64,000 bases of DNA, from positions 160,001-224,000 of the forward strand of contig CAXXLL010000002.1 in the NCBI GenBank assembly GCA_963662545.2, written 5' to 3'. The notes beneath the pieces are model-generated. The model searched no databases, was not told the origin of the DNA, and saw only the letters and a list, made by a program, of their open reading frames with translations. The position numbers and the translations under genes are program-made. Shown here piece by piece: positions 14,903 to 25,295 of the stretch. Each line of letters begins with the position of its first letter. Position 1 is the stretch's first letter. Origin of the DNA: Gammaproteobacteria bacterium. Lineage in GTDB: Bacteria > Pseudomonadota > Gammaproteobacteria > Ga0077536.

Positions 14903-16286
14903 CTTTGGCCAGCGCGGCGGCGTTGCCGATGTAATCCGCGGGCGTCAGCGCTTTGAGTGCCCGCTTGGCGTCCGTTGGTATAGCCAGCCCATCAATGATT
15001 TTTCCGAGGCTTTCACGGTCGATGCGCTGCCCACGGGTCAGTTTTTTCAACTGCTCGTAGGAATCGCTGATGCCATGGCGGCGCATGACCGTCTGAATCG
15101 GCTCGGCCAGTACTTCCCATGCATGTTCGAGGTCGCGTGCGAGGCGATCCTTGTCGATCTCGAGTTTACCCAGGCCCTTGAGCAGCGATTGGTAGGCGAT
15201 CACGGAGTAAGCAAGTGCACTGCCCAGATTTCGCAGCACGGTCGAATCCGTGAGGTCGCGCTGCATTCTCGACAGCGGCAGCTTCCGTGCGAAGTGATTG
15301 AGCAGCGCATTGGCGACGCCGAGATTACCCTCGGCGTTTTCGAAGTCGATCGGATTCACCTTATGCGGCATGGACGAAGATCCGACTTCGTCATCGAGAT
15401 GCTGCTGCCTGAAATAGCCGATCGAAATATAGCTCCAGATGTCGCGGCACAGGTCCATGAAAATCGTGTTCGTGCGCGCCAGCGCATCGGCGAATTCGGC
15501 GATACAGTCATGCGGTTCGATTTGGGTCGTATGCGAATTCCAGCCGAGTCCGAGGCTCACTACGAAACGCTCGCTCAAGCGCGGCCAGTCGACGTGCGGA
15601 TAAGCCGCGAGGTGAGCGTTGTAGTTGCCGACGGCGCCGTTCATTTTCCCGAGCAGGGCGACTTGTTCCAGAGCATCTATCTGGCGGCGGAGGCGGACCG
15701 CGAAATTCGCCATTTCTTTGCCCATCGTCGTGGGCGATGCGGACTGGCCGTGCGTACGCGACAGCATCGCGTCGCTGGCATGTGCGGCGCTGAGGGAGGC
15801 AAGCCCACTCAGCAGTTCGTTCATAGCCGGGAGCAATACTTCGGCGCGTGCATCGCTCAGCATCATGCCGTAAGCGAGGTTGTTGATGTCCTCGCTGGTA
15901 CAGGCGAAATGAATGAACGGTATGGCGGCATCGAGAGTCCGATGTTCCGCGAAATATTCTCGTAGGTAATATTCGACCGCCTTGACGTCATGATTGGTCG
16001 TCGCTTCCAGCTGCTTGATCTTTGCAGCTTGGGTCTCATCGAACGAACGCAATAGGCCTTCGAGAATACCGGTTGCCGAGTCGTCGAACGCCGGTAGTTC
16101 AGTGATCGAGTTTTCAGCACCCAAGGCCTCCAGCCAGCGGACTTCGACGACGACACGATAACGCATAAGGCCCAATTCACTGCAGATGCGGCGCAGCGGA
16201 GCCGTATGCCTGGCGTAGCGGCCGTCCACCGGCGAAACGGCGTTGAGTTCTGACAGCGGCGTCGTATCGCCGGGGGACTGCGTCAT
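14895..16286 (-). CDS. purB: Adenylosuccinate lyase
   Basis: AVSPVDGRY, TNHDVKAVEY, GSSSMPHKVNPIDFENAEGN. Confidence 0.97.
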   Translation of the reverse strand: MTQSPGDTTPLSELNAVSPVDGRYARHTAPLRRICSELGLMRYRVVVEVRWLEALGAENSITELPAFDDSATGILEGLLRSFDETQAAKIKQLEATTNHDVKAVEYYLREYFAEHRTLDAAIPFIHFACTSEDINNLAYGMMLSDARAEVLLPAMNELLSGLASLSAAHASDAMLSRTHGQSASPTTMGKEMANFAVRLRRQIDALEQVALLGKMNGAVGNYNAHLAAYPHVDWPRLSERFVVSLGLGWNSHTTQIEPHDCIAEFADALARTNTIFMDLCRDIWSYISIGYFRQQHLDDEVGSSSMPHKVNPIDFENAEGNLGVANALLNHFARKLPLSRMQRDLTDSTVLRNLGSALAYSVIAYQSLLKGLGKLEIDKDRLARDLEHAWEVLAEPIQTVMRRHGISDSYEQLKKLTRGQRIDRESLGKIIDGLAIPTDAKRALKALTPADYIGNAAALAKDV

Positions 16287-17323
16287 GGACACGGGTTGGA
16301 AATCTCCTCATGCACAGCATCGATCGCTTTCAGTAGTTCGCGCGGCAACTCCAATCCGCTCGCCTTGAGATTGTGATCCAGTTGCGCAATTGAACTTGCA
16401 CCTATGATAACGCTGCTTACAAAGGGTTTCGACGTGACGAACGCGAGTGCCATGTGAGCCGGGTCGATCGCGGCGGCAGATGCGATCTCGACGTAACGTC
16501 GCGTGGCCGCACGAGCGGCCGCATTCGAATAGCGGTCGTGGCGTCCAAAAAAGGTCAGGCGTGCGTCCGCCGGGACCAGATCTTCCAGGTATTTGCCGCT
16601 CAGGGTACCGGATCCAAGGGGCGAATAAGCGAGCAGGCTTAAGCGTTCACGGTGTGCGATTTCAGCTCCGCCGACTTCAAAACTGCGATTCAGGAGGTTG
16701 TAGGGATTCTGGATCGAAGCGATGCGCGGTAAGCCCTGTGCGCCCGCGATACGCAGAAACTCCATCATTCCCCAGGGCGTCTCGTTTGACAGACCTACGT
16801 AGCGAATCTTGCCGCTGCGAACGATATCGTCTAGCGCGTAGAGGGTCTCCTCGATGCTGAACGCCTGTTCGTTGCGAGCCGGGTTGAATCCGAGTTGGCC
16901 GAAAAAATTTGCGGCGCGGTCGGGCCAGTGCAGTTGAAAGAGGTCAATATAGTCCGTTTTGAGCCGCACGAGGCTCGCATCCACTGCGCGTGCGAGATTT
17001 TCGGCCGTGTGGACGGAGCGCCCACCCCGTATCCAGGGCACGAAAGCGCCGGGGCCCGCCGCCTTGGTTGCGAGCACGATACGATCCCGGCCGCCCCGTT
17101 GCTCTAGCCAAGCACCCACGATGCGTTCCGATTCGCCGTAGGTCGCCTCGCGCGCCGGACCGGGATACATTTCGGCCGTATCGATCAAGTTGAGACCGGT
17201 ATCGCAGGCCCGATCCAATTGGGCATGCGCCTCCGCTGCGCTATTCTGTCCGCCGAAGGTCATCGTTCCCAGGCAGAACGCACTCACTTCCAGATCAGTA
17301 TTTCCGAGCTTGCGATATTCCAT
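16283..17323 (-). CDS. NADP(H)-dependent aldo-keto reductase (Tas-like)
   Basis: LGTMTFG, IDTAEMYP, QLHWPDR, GLSNETPWG, IQNPYNLLNR. Confidence 0.9.
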   Translation of the reverse strand: MEYRKLGNTDLEVSAFCLGTMTFGGQNSAAEAHAQLDRACDTGLNLIDTAEMYPGPAREATYGESERIVGAWLEQRGGRDRIVLATKAAGPGAFVPWIRGGRSVHTAENLARAVDASLVRLKTDYIDLFQLHWPDRAANFFGQLGFNPARNEQAFSIEETLYALDDIVRSGKIRYVGLSNETPWGMMEFLRIAGAQGLPRIASIQNPYNLLNRSFEVGGAEIAHRERLSLLAYSPLGSGTLSGKYLEDLVPADARLTFFGRHDRYSNAAARAATRRYVEIASAAAIDPAHMALAFVTSKPFVSSVIIGASSIAQLDHNLKASGLELPRELLKAIDAVHEEISNPCP

Positions 17324-17450
17324 AACCAGAGATTCGTGATGATTCGATGTAAATTGATGGCTAGCCGGGCCGCCAGGTCCCCGAAATCGAACACCAGGCC
17401 GTCCCAACCTGTTCGCGCCGGTTCAGCGGCACGACTTCGGAGTCGGCTTG

Positions 17451-18074
17451 ATGCCTGAGTATTCCGTCGCACAGCGATTCCGCGGATTTCTCCCCGTTAT
17501 CATCGATGTGGAAACAGGAGGTTTCAATTCGCAAACCGACGCGCTGCTGGAAATCGCCGCGGTATTGATCGACATCGATGACGAGCGGGGTTGGCACAGG
17601 CGCACCACGATCGGTTGCCACGTCACGCCCTTCGAAGGCGCTAATCTCGACAAAAGCTCGCTCGAATTCAACAAGATTGACCCTTATCACCCTTTTCGGA
17701 TCGCGGTCGACGAAAGTGAAGCTCTCGAACAGATCTTCGAAGCCATCCGGACGGAAATCACGCGCCACGGATGCAGCCGGGCGATCCTCGTCGGTCACAA
17801 TCCGACCTTCGACCTCACCTTCGTCAAGGCCGCAGCGTCGCGTAGCGGCATCAAAAAGCTCCCCTTTCACAATTTCAGCACCTTCGACACGGCGGCTCTG
17901 GCGGGTGTGGCGTTCGGCCAGACCGTGCTCGCGCGCGCGGTGCTGGCTGCGGGCCTCGAATGGGACGCTGACGAGGCGCATTCAGCCATTTACGACGCCG
18001 AACGCACGGCCGATCTCTTCTGTGAAATCGTCAATCGCTGGGATCGCTACTTGGACGCCGCCGAAGTTCCTTAA
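17451..18074 (+). CDS. rnt: Ribonuclease T
   Basis: RFRGFLPVIIDVETGGF, FGQTVLA, AHSAIYDAERTA. Confidence 0.95.
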   Translation: MPEYSVAQRFRGFLPVIIDVETGGFNSQTDALLEIAAVLIDIDDERGWHRRTTIGCHVTPFEGANLDKSSLEFNKIDPYHPFRIAVDESEALEQIFEAIRTEITRHGCSRAILVGHNPTFDLTFVKAAASRSGIKKLPFHNFSTFDTAALAGVAFGQTVLARAVLAAGLEWDADEAHSAIYDAERTADLFCEIVNRWDRYLDAAEVP

Positions 18075-18094
18075 TATAAGCAGAGCGCGGGCAC

Positions 18095-19408
18095 TCAATC
18101 GTTGCGGATCCGCCGGCGCCAGCGATCAGCGCTGGCCTTGAGCTCACCCGTGTCGAGTGTGGTGAGTCGGCCTTGTTGCACGACGTGGCGGCCGCCAACC
18201 CATACCTCCCTCACCTGGTCGCGGTGTGCACCATAGACGATATGCGATACGGGATCGTAGAGCGGGCGGGCCTCGAAGCCGGCGAGATCGATCGCGACGA
18301 GGTCCGCCAGCTTGCCTTGCTCGATCGTGCCGAGGTGGTGGTCCAGCCCGAGCGCTTTCGCGCCGTTGAGCGTCGCCATGCGCAGCGCCGAGGCGGCCGG
18401 CAGAGCGCAGGGATCACCAGCAAAGCCCTTGGCCAGGAGTGATGCGGTGCGCATCTCGCTCAGCATGTCGAGATCGTTATTACTGGCTGCGCTATCGGTA
18501 CCGCAGGCGACGTTGATCCCTTGCGCCACGAGTTCCGCAACGGGACAGAAGCCGCTGGCAAGCTTGAGGTTGCTTTCCGGGCAATGCACGACATGTGTTC
18601 CAGTACGGCTCAGAATCTCGATCTCCTCCGCAACAAGCGCGGTCATGTGCACGGCCACCAGTCGGGGTGACGGCAGACCCAGCGCGCCAAGACGTTGCAG
18701 GGGCCGCATCTTCGTCGCGGCCAGCGCTTCGTCGACCTCGCGCTGCGTTTCATGTAGGTGAATGTGAATGGGGAGATCGAGTTCGTCAGATAAGGTCGCG
18801 ATCCGGAGGAGCGCGTCATCGTCGACGGTATAGGTTGAATGCGGCGCGAACGCGGTCGTGATCAATGGATGGGAGCGAAATCGATCGTGGACTTCTTCTC
18901 CTTTACGGAGATATTCGTCGACATTGTGGGCCCAGGCGCTCGGAAACCCGATCACGATCATCCCGATGACGGCGCGCACACCCGCTTCGATCGCCGCTGC
19001 CGCGGCTTCGTCGGGGAAAAAATACATGTCGTTGAAGCAGGTCGTGCCGCCCAGAAGCATTTCCGCGGCAGCCAGGCGGGTGCCTTCGCGCACGAATTCT
19101 CGATTGACGAATGACGCCTCGGCCGGCCAGATGTGCTGTTCCAGCCATTCCATCAGCGGGCGATCGTCAGCCATCCCGCGAAATAAGCTCATCGCGGCAT
19201 GCGTGTGTGCGTTGATCAATCCCGGGATCAGGACATGTTCGCTACAGTCGATTTCAACGATCGCATGCGACGGCCGCCGCCATTGTGCGGTGGGTATGAT
19301 CGAGGTGATCCGCGTGTCCTCGATAAGGATCGTGCGCCGTTCGTAAACCGCGCCTTCTGGTTCGACCGGTATGACCCAACCCGCATGAATCGCCTGCATC
19401 GTGTCCAT
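18095..19408 (-). CDS. mtaD: TRZ/ATZ amidohydrolase, probable methylthioadenosine/SAH deaminase
   Basis: INAHTHAAM, HIHLHET, HCPESNLKLASG, GTDSAASNNDLD; divergent from mtnA. Confidence 0.82.
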   Translation of the reverse strand: MDTMQAIHAGWVIPVEPEGAVYERRTILIEDTRITSIIPTAQWRRPSHAIVEIDCSEHVLIPGLINAHTHAAMSLFRGMADDRPLMEWLEQHIWPAEASFVNREFVREGTRLAAAEMLLGGTTCFNDMYFFPDEAAAAAIEAGVRAVIGMIVIGFPSAWAHNVDEYLRKGEEVHDRFRSHPLITTAFAPHSTYTVDDDALLRIATLSDELDLPIHIHLHETQREVDEALAATKMRPLQRLGALGLPSPRLVAVHMTALVAEEIEILSRTGTHVVHCPESNLKLASGFCPVAELVAQGINVACGTDSAASNNDLDMLSEMRTASLLAKGFAGDPCALPAASALRMATLNGAKALGLDHHLGTIEQGKLADLVAIDLAGFEARPLYDPVSHIVYGAHRDQVREVWVGGRHVVQQGRLTTLDTGELKASADRWRRRIRND

Positions 19409-19476
19409 TGTTGATTCGTTTTCAAGCCGCCGAGCGCCGGTTCGGCTAAAGTACCACAGACTCGAGGAGAACATGC

Positions 19477-20520
19477 GTGATCAAAGCTGCCGACGGTCCT
19501 GTCCCCCTGCGCTGGGAAAACGAACGACTCGTGCTGCTCGATCAAACGCGCCTGCCGCACGAGATCGCCTACGTTCAATGTCATTCGGCCGCAGACGTCT
19601 GCGCCGCCATTCGCACTATGGTCGTGCGCGGCGCCCCCGCGATAGGCGTCGCCGCGGCTTACGGCGTGGTGCTTGCCGCGCGTCGGTGCTTCGAGGAAGA
19701 GGGCGCGGGATGGCGCGTAGCGATGCAGCCGGACATCGACGATTTAGCAGCCTCGCGGCCGACCGCTGTTAACCTGACCTGGGCTCTCAAGGTTATGAGC
19801 GAAGGGCTAGAGGACCTCACGACGGATCCCTACCCGTTGTTACTCGCCCGCGCGCAGACACTGCATAGAGAAGACGTCGAATCGAACAAAGCACTCGGAG
19901 ATTTCGGCGCGCGCCTGATCGCGCCGCGTTCGGGCGTGCTCACGCACTGCAATGCAGGGGCATTGGCGACGGCCGGATATGGGACTGCGCTCGGCGTCAT
20001 TCGCAGCGCATGGCGTGACGGCCGCTTAGCGGAAGTATTCGCGACCGAGACCCGTCCCTGGCTGCAGGGCGCACGCCTGACCGCGTGGGAACTCGACAAG
20101 GACGGCATCGATCCGATCCTCATCGCCGACAACGCTGCGGCCTACCTCATGCAGCAGGGACGAATCCATTGGGTCATCACCGGTGCGGATCGAATCGCGG
20201 CCAACGGCGATACTGCGAACAAAATTGGAACCTACGCTCTGGCGACGCTCGCGCGTGCCCACGGTGTGAAATTCATGGTGGCCGCACCGCTGTCGAGCAT
20301 CGACCGCGACGCTGCTAGCGGCGCCGATATTCCCATTGAACATCGAGACGCATCGGAGCTTACCCATCTCGCCGGCCGCCCGGTGGCCGCCGCCGGCGTC
20401 CGCGTACTCAATCCCGTATTCGACGTTACCCCGGCGCATTTGATCGATGCCCTGGTGACCGAAAAAGGGGTCGTCGAGAAGCTCGATCAAGCGGCGATCG
20501 CGCGTCTTTTCAAGCGCTGA
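19477..20520 (+). CDS. mtnA: Methylthioribose-1-phosphate isomerase
   Basis: [51 protein letters not shown]. Confidence 0.96.
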   Translation: MIKAADGPVPLRWENERLVLLDQTRLPHEIAYVQCHSAADVCAAIRTMVVRGAPAIGVAAAYGVVLAARRCFEEEGAGWRVAMQPDIDDLAASRPTAVNLTWALKVMSEGLEDLTTDPYPLLLARAQTLHREDVESNKALGDFGARLIAPRSGVLTHCNAGALATAGYGTALGVIRSAWRDGRLAEVFATETRPWLQGARLTAWELDKDGIDPILIADNAAAYLMQQGRIHWVITGADRIAANGDTANKIGTYALATLARAHGVKFMVAAPLSSIDRDAASGADIPIEHRDASELTHLAGRPVAAAGVRVLNPVFDVTPAHLIDALVTEKGVVEKLDQAAIARLFKR

Positions 20521-20558
20521 GATCGCGGCCGCGAAAAGGTGCGCCTAGGGGGGCCGCG

Positions 20559-20567
20559 TGCTATAAT
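20559..20567 (+). promoter_or_regulatory. Extended -10 promoter element for gyrA
   Basis: TGCTATAAT ~60 bp upstream of the gyrA ATG. Confidence 0.55.
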
Positions 20568-20625
20568 ACGCAGGTCTAGCGGACCAAGAATCCTCCTTTA
20601 AAATCAATCAGTTAAATTCATTCTG

Positions 20626-23190
20626 ATGGCCGACATCGCGCGCCAGTTACTGCCGGTCAATATCGAGGACGAGATGCGGCAGTCGTACATGGATTACGCC
20701 ATGAGCGTAATCGTCGGCCGTGCCCTTCCGGACGCCCGCGACGGGCTTAAACCGGTGCACCGGCGCGTACTCTACGCGATGCACGAAGCGAACAATCTCT
20801 GGAATCGGCCGTACGTCAAATGCGCTCGCGTCGTCGGCGAGGTGATGGGTAAATACCATCCCCATGGCGACAGCGCCATCTACGATACCCTGGTCCGTAT
20901 GGCACAGGATTTTTCCCTGCGCTACACGCTGATCGACGGTCAGGGCAATTTCGGATCGGTCGACGGCGATGCACCCGCGGCGATGCGCTACACCGAATGC
21001 CGACTCGATCGGATAGCAAACGAGCTGCTCGCCGATATCGACATGGAAACGGTCGAATTTGCGCCGAACTACGACGGCAAGGAGCACGAGCCGACGGTGC
21101 TGCCTTCGCGTATTCCCAACCTGTTGGTCAATGGTTCCAGCGGTATCGCCGTCGGCATGGCGACGAACATTGCGCCGCATAATCTGAACGAGGTAATCAA
21201 CGCCTGCGTCGCCCTGGTCGATGATCCGAGCCTCGAAATCGACCAGTTAATGGGCTACATCCCGGGACCTGATTTCCCCACGGCGGGGATCATCAACGGT
21301 TCGGCAGGGATCCGCGAAGCTTATCGCACGGGTCGCGGGCGGATTTACGTGAGGGCCCGTACCGAGATCGAAGACGCCGATACCGATGCGCCGCGCATCG
21401 TCATCTCCGAATTACCTTACCAGGTCAATAAAGCTCGGCTGATCGAAAAGATCGCGGAACTGGTCAAAGAGAAGAAGATCGAAGGTATTCGACAAGATGG
21501 ATTGCGCGATGAATCGGACAAGGACGGGATGCGCATCGTCATCGAGCTCAAGCGTGGTGAGTTGGCGGCAGTGCTGCTCAACAATTTATACCGGCATACG
21601 CAGATGCAGTCCGTATTCGGCATCAATACCGTTGCGCTGGTTAACGGTCAACCCAAAACGCTCAATCTGCGCGAGCTGCTCGATTGCTTTTTGCGCCATC
21701 GCCGTGAGGTCGTCACCCGGCGCACCCTGTTCGAACTCAGCAAAGCGCGCGATCGCGCCCATGTACTCGAAGGGCTCGCCGTGGCGCTGGCGAATATCGA
21801 CGCGATCATCGCGCTGATCAAGGCGTCCCCGACCCCCGCCGACGCGCGCGAGGGTCTGCTAAAACAGGCGTGGGAGCCGGGCCTGGTACTGACCATGCTG
21901 GAGCGCGCAGGGGCGGAGGTATCACGGCCGGAGGACCTGCCGCAGGAGTACGGCCTCAAATCCCACGGCTACTTTTTGTCCGAGCGCCAAGCCAAAGAGA
22001 TTCTCGAGATGCGCCTGCAACGCTTGACGGCGCTCGAGCAGGACAAGATTCTCGATGAATACCGCGAAGTGCTGAAGCGTATTGACGACCTACTCGATAT
22101 TTTGCAGCGCCCCGACCGTTTGATGCAGGTCATTCGCGAAGAATTACTGGAGATTCGCGAGCGCTACGGCGACCCGCGCCGCACTGAAATCGTGGAGATG
22201 CAGAAACACCTTTCCTTGGAGGATCTCATTTCCGAAGAGGACGTGGTCGTAACCTTGTCGCATGCCGGTTACGCAAAATCACAGCCGATCGAGGTCTACC
22301 GGTCGCAGCGGCGGGGCGGCAGGGGCAAGACGGCAACCACTACGAAGGACGAGGATTTTGTCGACAAACTGTTCATCGCCAACACGCACGATACATTATT
22401 ATGCTTCTCGAACAGCGGTAAACTGTACTGGTTAAAAGTCTACGAGTTGCCGCAAGCCGGCCGTACGGCGCGTGGACGGCCGTTGGTCAACCTACTGCCG
22501 CTGGCAGACGGCGAGCGCATTACCGCGGTGCTGCCGATCAAGGAGTTCGATCCGGAATTGTTCGTCGTTATGGCGACCGCGCGCGGCATCATCAAGAAAA
22601 CCTCGCTGGCGAATTTCTCGCGGCCCCGCGCCTCGGGCATTATTGCCGTCGATCTCGTTGCCGATGACCGCTTGGTCGGCGTATCGCTGACCCAGGGCGC
22701 GAGCGACATCATGCTCGTCAGTTCAGGCGGCAAGGCCGTTCGATTCTCGGAAACCCACGTTCGCCCCATGGGGCGTACGGCACGCGGAGTGCGCGGTATC
22801 AAGCTCCGCGAAGAGCAGGAAGTGATCGCGCTGATTCCCATTGAGGGCGAGGGCACGATCCTGTTCGCGACGGCCAAGGGTTATGGCAAGCGCACGCGCT
22901 ATTCGGAATTCCCGGTCAGGGGACGCGGCGGCCAGGGCGTGATCGCGATCCAGGCCAACCAGCGGAACGGCGCGGTCGTCGGCGCCGTGTCGGTTGCAGA
23001 CGATGACGAAATCATGCTGATCAGTGACGGCGGCATCCTGGTAAGAACGCCCGTCGAAGGCATCTCGGTCATCGGCCGTATTACTCAGGGTATCCGACTG
23101 ATAGCCCTGGGCGAGGGGGAGCAGCTCGTTGGGGTTGAACCCATTGCCGATCTCAATGGCAACGACGAAGCCGCCGACGAATCCGATTAG
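20626..23190 (+). CDS. gyrA: DNA gyrase subunit A
   Basis: [30 protein letters not shown], GyrA-box QRRGGRG. Confidence 0.98.
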   Translation: MADIARQLLPVNIEDEMRQSYMDYAMSVIVGRALPDARDGLKPVHRRVLYAMHEANNLWNRPYVKCARVVGEVMGKYHPHGDSAIYDTLVRMAQDFSLRYTLIDGQGNFGSVDGDAPAAMRYTECRLDRIANELLADIDMETVEFAPNYDGKEHEPTVLPSRIPNLLVNGSSGIAVGMATNIAPHNLNEVINACVALVDDPSLEIDQLMGYIPGPDFPTAGIINGSAGIREAYRTGRGRIYVRARTEIEDADTDAPRIVISELPYQVNKARLIEKIAELVKEKKIEGIRQDGLRDESDKDGMRIVIELKRGELAAVLLNNLYRHTQMQSVFGINTVALVNGQPKTLNLRELLDCFLRHRREVVTRRTLFELSKARDRAHVLEGLAVALANIDAIIALIKASPTPADAREGLLKQAWEPGLVLTMLERAGAEVSRPEDLPQEYGLKSHGYFLSERQAKEILEMRLQRLTALEQDKILDEYREVLKRIDDLLDILQRPDRLMQVIREELLEIRERYGDPRRTEIVEMQKHLSLEDLISEEDVVVTLSHAGYAKSQPIEVYRSQRRGGRGKTATTTKDEDFVDKLFIANTHDTLLCFSNSGKLYWLKVYELPQAGRTARGRPLVNLLPLADGERITAVLPIKEFDPELFVVMATARGIIKKTSLANFSRPRASGIIAVDLVADDRLVGVSLTQGASDIMLVSSGGKAVRFSETHVRPMGRTARGVRGIKLREEQEVIALIPIEGEGTILFATAKGYGKRTRYSEFPVRGRGGQGVIAIQANQRNGAVVGAVSVADDDEIMLISDGGILVRTPVEGISVIGRITQGIRLIALGEGEQLVGVEPIADLNGNDEAADESD

Positions 23191-23248
23191 GCCTACACCG
23201 GCCGAACGGTGGCCGCGGACTCGAATTCCTGGATCGGGGTAAGGATTC

Positions 23249-24334
23249 ATGTCGTCTGATCAGCACATCAGCAATTTGCGAAAGGGCATCGATGCGATCG
23301 ACGACGAACTCGTACGTTTATTGAACCGCCGTGCGGCGCTCACGATCGAAGTGGGTGAGATAAAGCGTGCTGGCGACGGGGAGGCGCAGTTTTATCGCCC
23401 TGAACGCGAAGCACAAATACTGCGGCGGCTCTTACAAAGCAATGCGGGCCCGATTTCGGATCAAGATTTGGCGAGGCTGGTGCGCGAGATCATTTCGACC
23501 TGCCGCTCCCTCGAGCAGGGATTGCGCATCGCCTATCTCGGTCCGGAGGGGACTTTTACCCACGCTGCTTTGCTCAAGCATTTCGGCGGCGCGGTGGAAC
23601 CGATCGCCGTGACCAGCATCTCGGAAGTGTTCCGCGAAGTCGAAGCGCGCGCGAGCGATTACGGCGTTGTTCCCGTGGAAAATTCCTTCGAAGGTTCGGT
23701 GAACCAAACGCTCGACTGCCTGGGCGAATCAAGCTTGGTGATCTGTAGTGAAATCATTCTTCCCGTGCACCACCAGCTTCTGAGTACGGAAGCCGCGCTC
23801 CACGATATAAAGCGGGTGTACGCACACGAACAGGCATTGGCACAATGCCGCGGCTGGCTCGATAGGAACCTGCCGGGTGCCGAGCGCTCGGCATTCAGCA
23901 GCAATGCTGCTGCTGCCGAACGCGCGCGAAGCGAATCGGGCGCCGCTGCGATTGCTAGCAAACAGGCGGGGGAACGGTATGGACTCGATGTGCGCGCATC
24001 GAACATTGAAGATCATCCGCAAAACACGACGCGATTCGCGGTTCTAGGGCGTTCCATACCTCAGGCGACGGGGGAGGACGTGACCGCGATCATGTTCAGT
24101 ATGCCAAACGAGCCGGGTGCTCTTCATAGCATTTTGAGCGTGCTTGCGGAGGCGGGGATCAGTATGTCGCGTATCGAATCGCGACCGAAGCGCACGGGCG
24201 ATTGGGATTATTTGTTCTTCGTGGATCTGCTCGGTCATTGCAACGATGCCGATGTCGCGCCTGCGCTGACCGAAATGGAATCCCGGGCGGCGCTGTTCAA
24301 GGTGCTCGGCAGCTGCCCACGAGCAGTGGTTTGA
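23249..24334 (+). CDS. pheA: Chorismate mutase / prephenate dehydratase
   Basis: N-terminal CM domain (LRKGIDAID, YRPERE), YLGPEGTF, NTTRF, IESRP ACT domain. Confidence 0.95.
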   Translation: MSSDQHISNLRKGIDAIDDELVRLLNRRAALTIEVGEIKRAGDGEAQFYRPEREAQILRRLLQSNAGPISDQDLARLVREIISTCRSLEQGLRIAYLGPEGTFTHAALLKHFGGAVEPIAVTSISEVFREVEARASDYGVVPVENSFEGSVNQTLDCLGESSLVICSEIILPVHHQLLSTEAALHDIKRVYAHEQALAQCRGWLDRNLPGAERSAFSSNAAAAERARSESGAAAIASKQAGERYGLDVRASNIEDHPQNTTRFAVLGRSIPQATGEDVTAIMFSMPNEPGALHSILSVLAEAGISMSRIESRPKRTGDWDYLFFVDLLGHCNDADVAPALTEMESRAALFKVLGSCPRAVV

Positions 24335-24368
24335 GCATTGACGGGTGGGCGCGCGCGGAACCAGTTCG

Positions 24369-25295
24369 GTGATCGACAGACTGGTCATCATCGGCGTGGG
24401 CCTCATCGGCGGATCCCTGGCGCGAGCCTTGCGGCGGTCTGGCGCGGTCGGCGAGATCGTCGGCGTCGGACGCAGCGCGGCGAACCTCGAGGCGGCAGTC
24501 GAACTGGGCGTGGTCGACCGGTTTGAGTTCGATGCCGCCGAAGCGGTTAGAGGCGCGGACATGGTGGTGGTCGCCGTAACGCTCGGCGCCTCGGCGGCAA
24601 TTCTCGAAACCATCGGCCCGGCCCTCGACGAAAACACCTTCGTGACCGACGTCGGCTCAACCAAGTTGAGCGTTGTGGCGTCAGCGCGAGCGGCGCTAGG
24701 CGCGCGGTTTCCAAACTTCGTTCCGGGGCATCCGATCGCCGGCACCGAACGGAGTGGCGTCAAAGCCTCCTTTGCTGAACTTTTCGAGGATCACAAGGTG
24801 ATATTGACCCCGGTGTCGGAAACGCGCGAAGAAGCCCTGCATGCCGTGGTGTCTCTGTGGCGCGCAACGGGCGCGTCGGTGGTTGAGATGGAGGCCGCTC
24901 ATCACGACCAAGTGCTTGCGGCGACGTCGCATTTGCCGCATCTGCTCGCCTACACGCTGGTCGATATGCTTGCCGCCGCGAAAGATTCCAGTGAAATGTT
25001 CGAATTCGCTGCGGGCGGGTTTCGCGATTTCACGCGCATTGCATCGAGTAATCCGGAGATGTGGCGCGATATCATTTTGGCCAACCGCGAGGCAGTGTTG
25101 CAAATGTGCGAGATGTATGCCGATCGGTTCGAGACACTCAGGCGGGCGATCGAAGCGGGCGACGGTGCCGCCATCGAGGTGATCTTCGAACGGGCCAAGT
25201 TGGTCCGCGACCGCTCAGTCGTTTCCCCGCACCCGTCCAAGCGGCCGGCGGAGCATGCGGTACTGCCGCTCAAGCGTGGAGACGGCGATCAATAA
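24369..25295 (+). CDS. tyrA: Prephenate/arogenate dehydrogenase
   Basis: IIGVGLIGGS, DVGSTK, GHPIAGTE, SHLPH, GFRDFTRIASS. Confidence 0.92.
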   Translation: MIDRLVIIGVGLIGGSLARALRRSGAVGEIVGVGRSAANLEAAVELGVVDRFEFDAAEAVRGADMVVVAVTLGASAAILETIGPALDENTFVTDVGSTKLSVVASARAALGARFPNFVPGHPIAGTERSGVKASFAELFEDHKVILTPVSETREEALHAVVSLWRATGASVVEMEAAHHDQVLAATSHLPHLLAYTLVDMLAAAKDSSEMFEFAAGGFRDFTRIASSNPEMWRDIILANREAVLQMCEMYADRFETLRRAIEAGDGAAIEVIFERAKLVRDRSVVSPHPSKRPAEHAVLPLKRGDGDQ

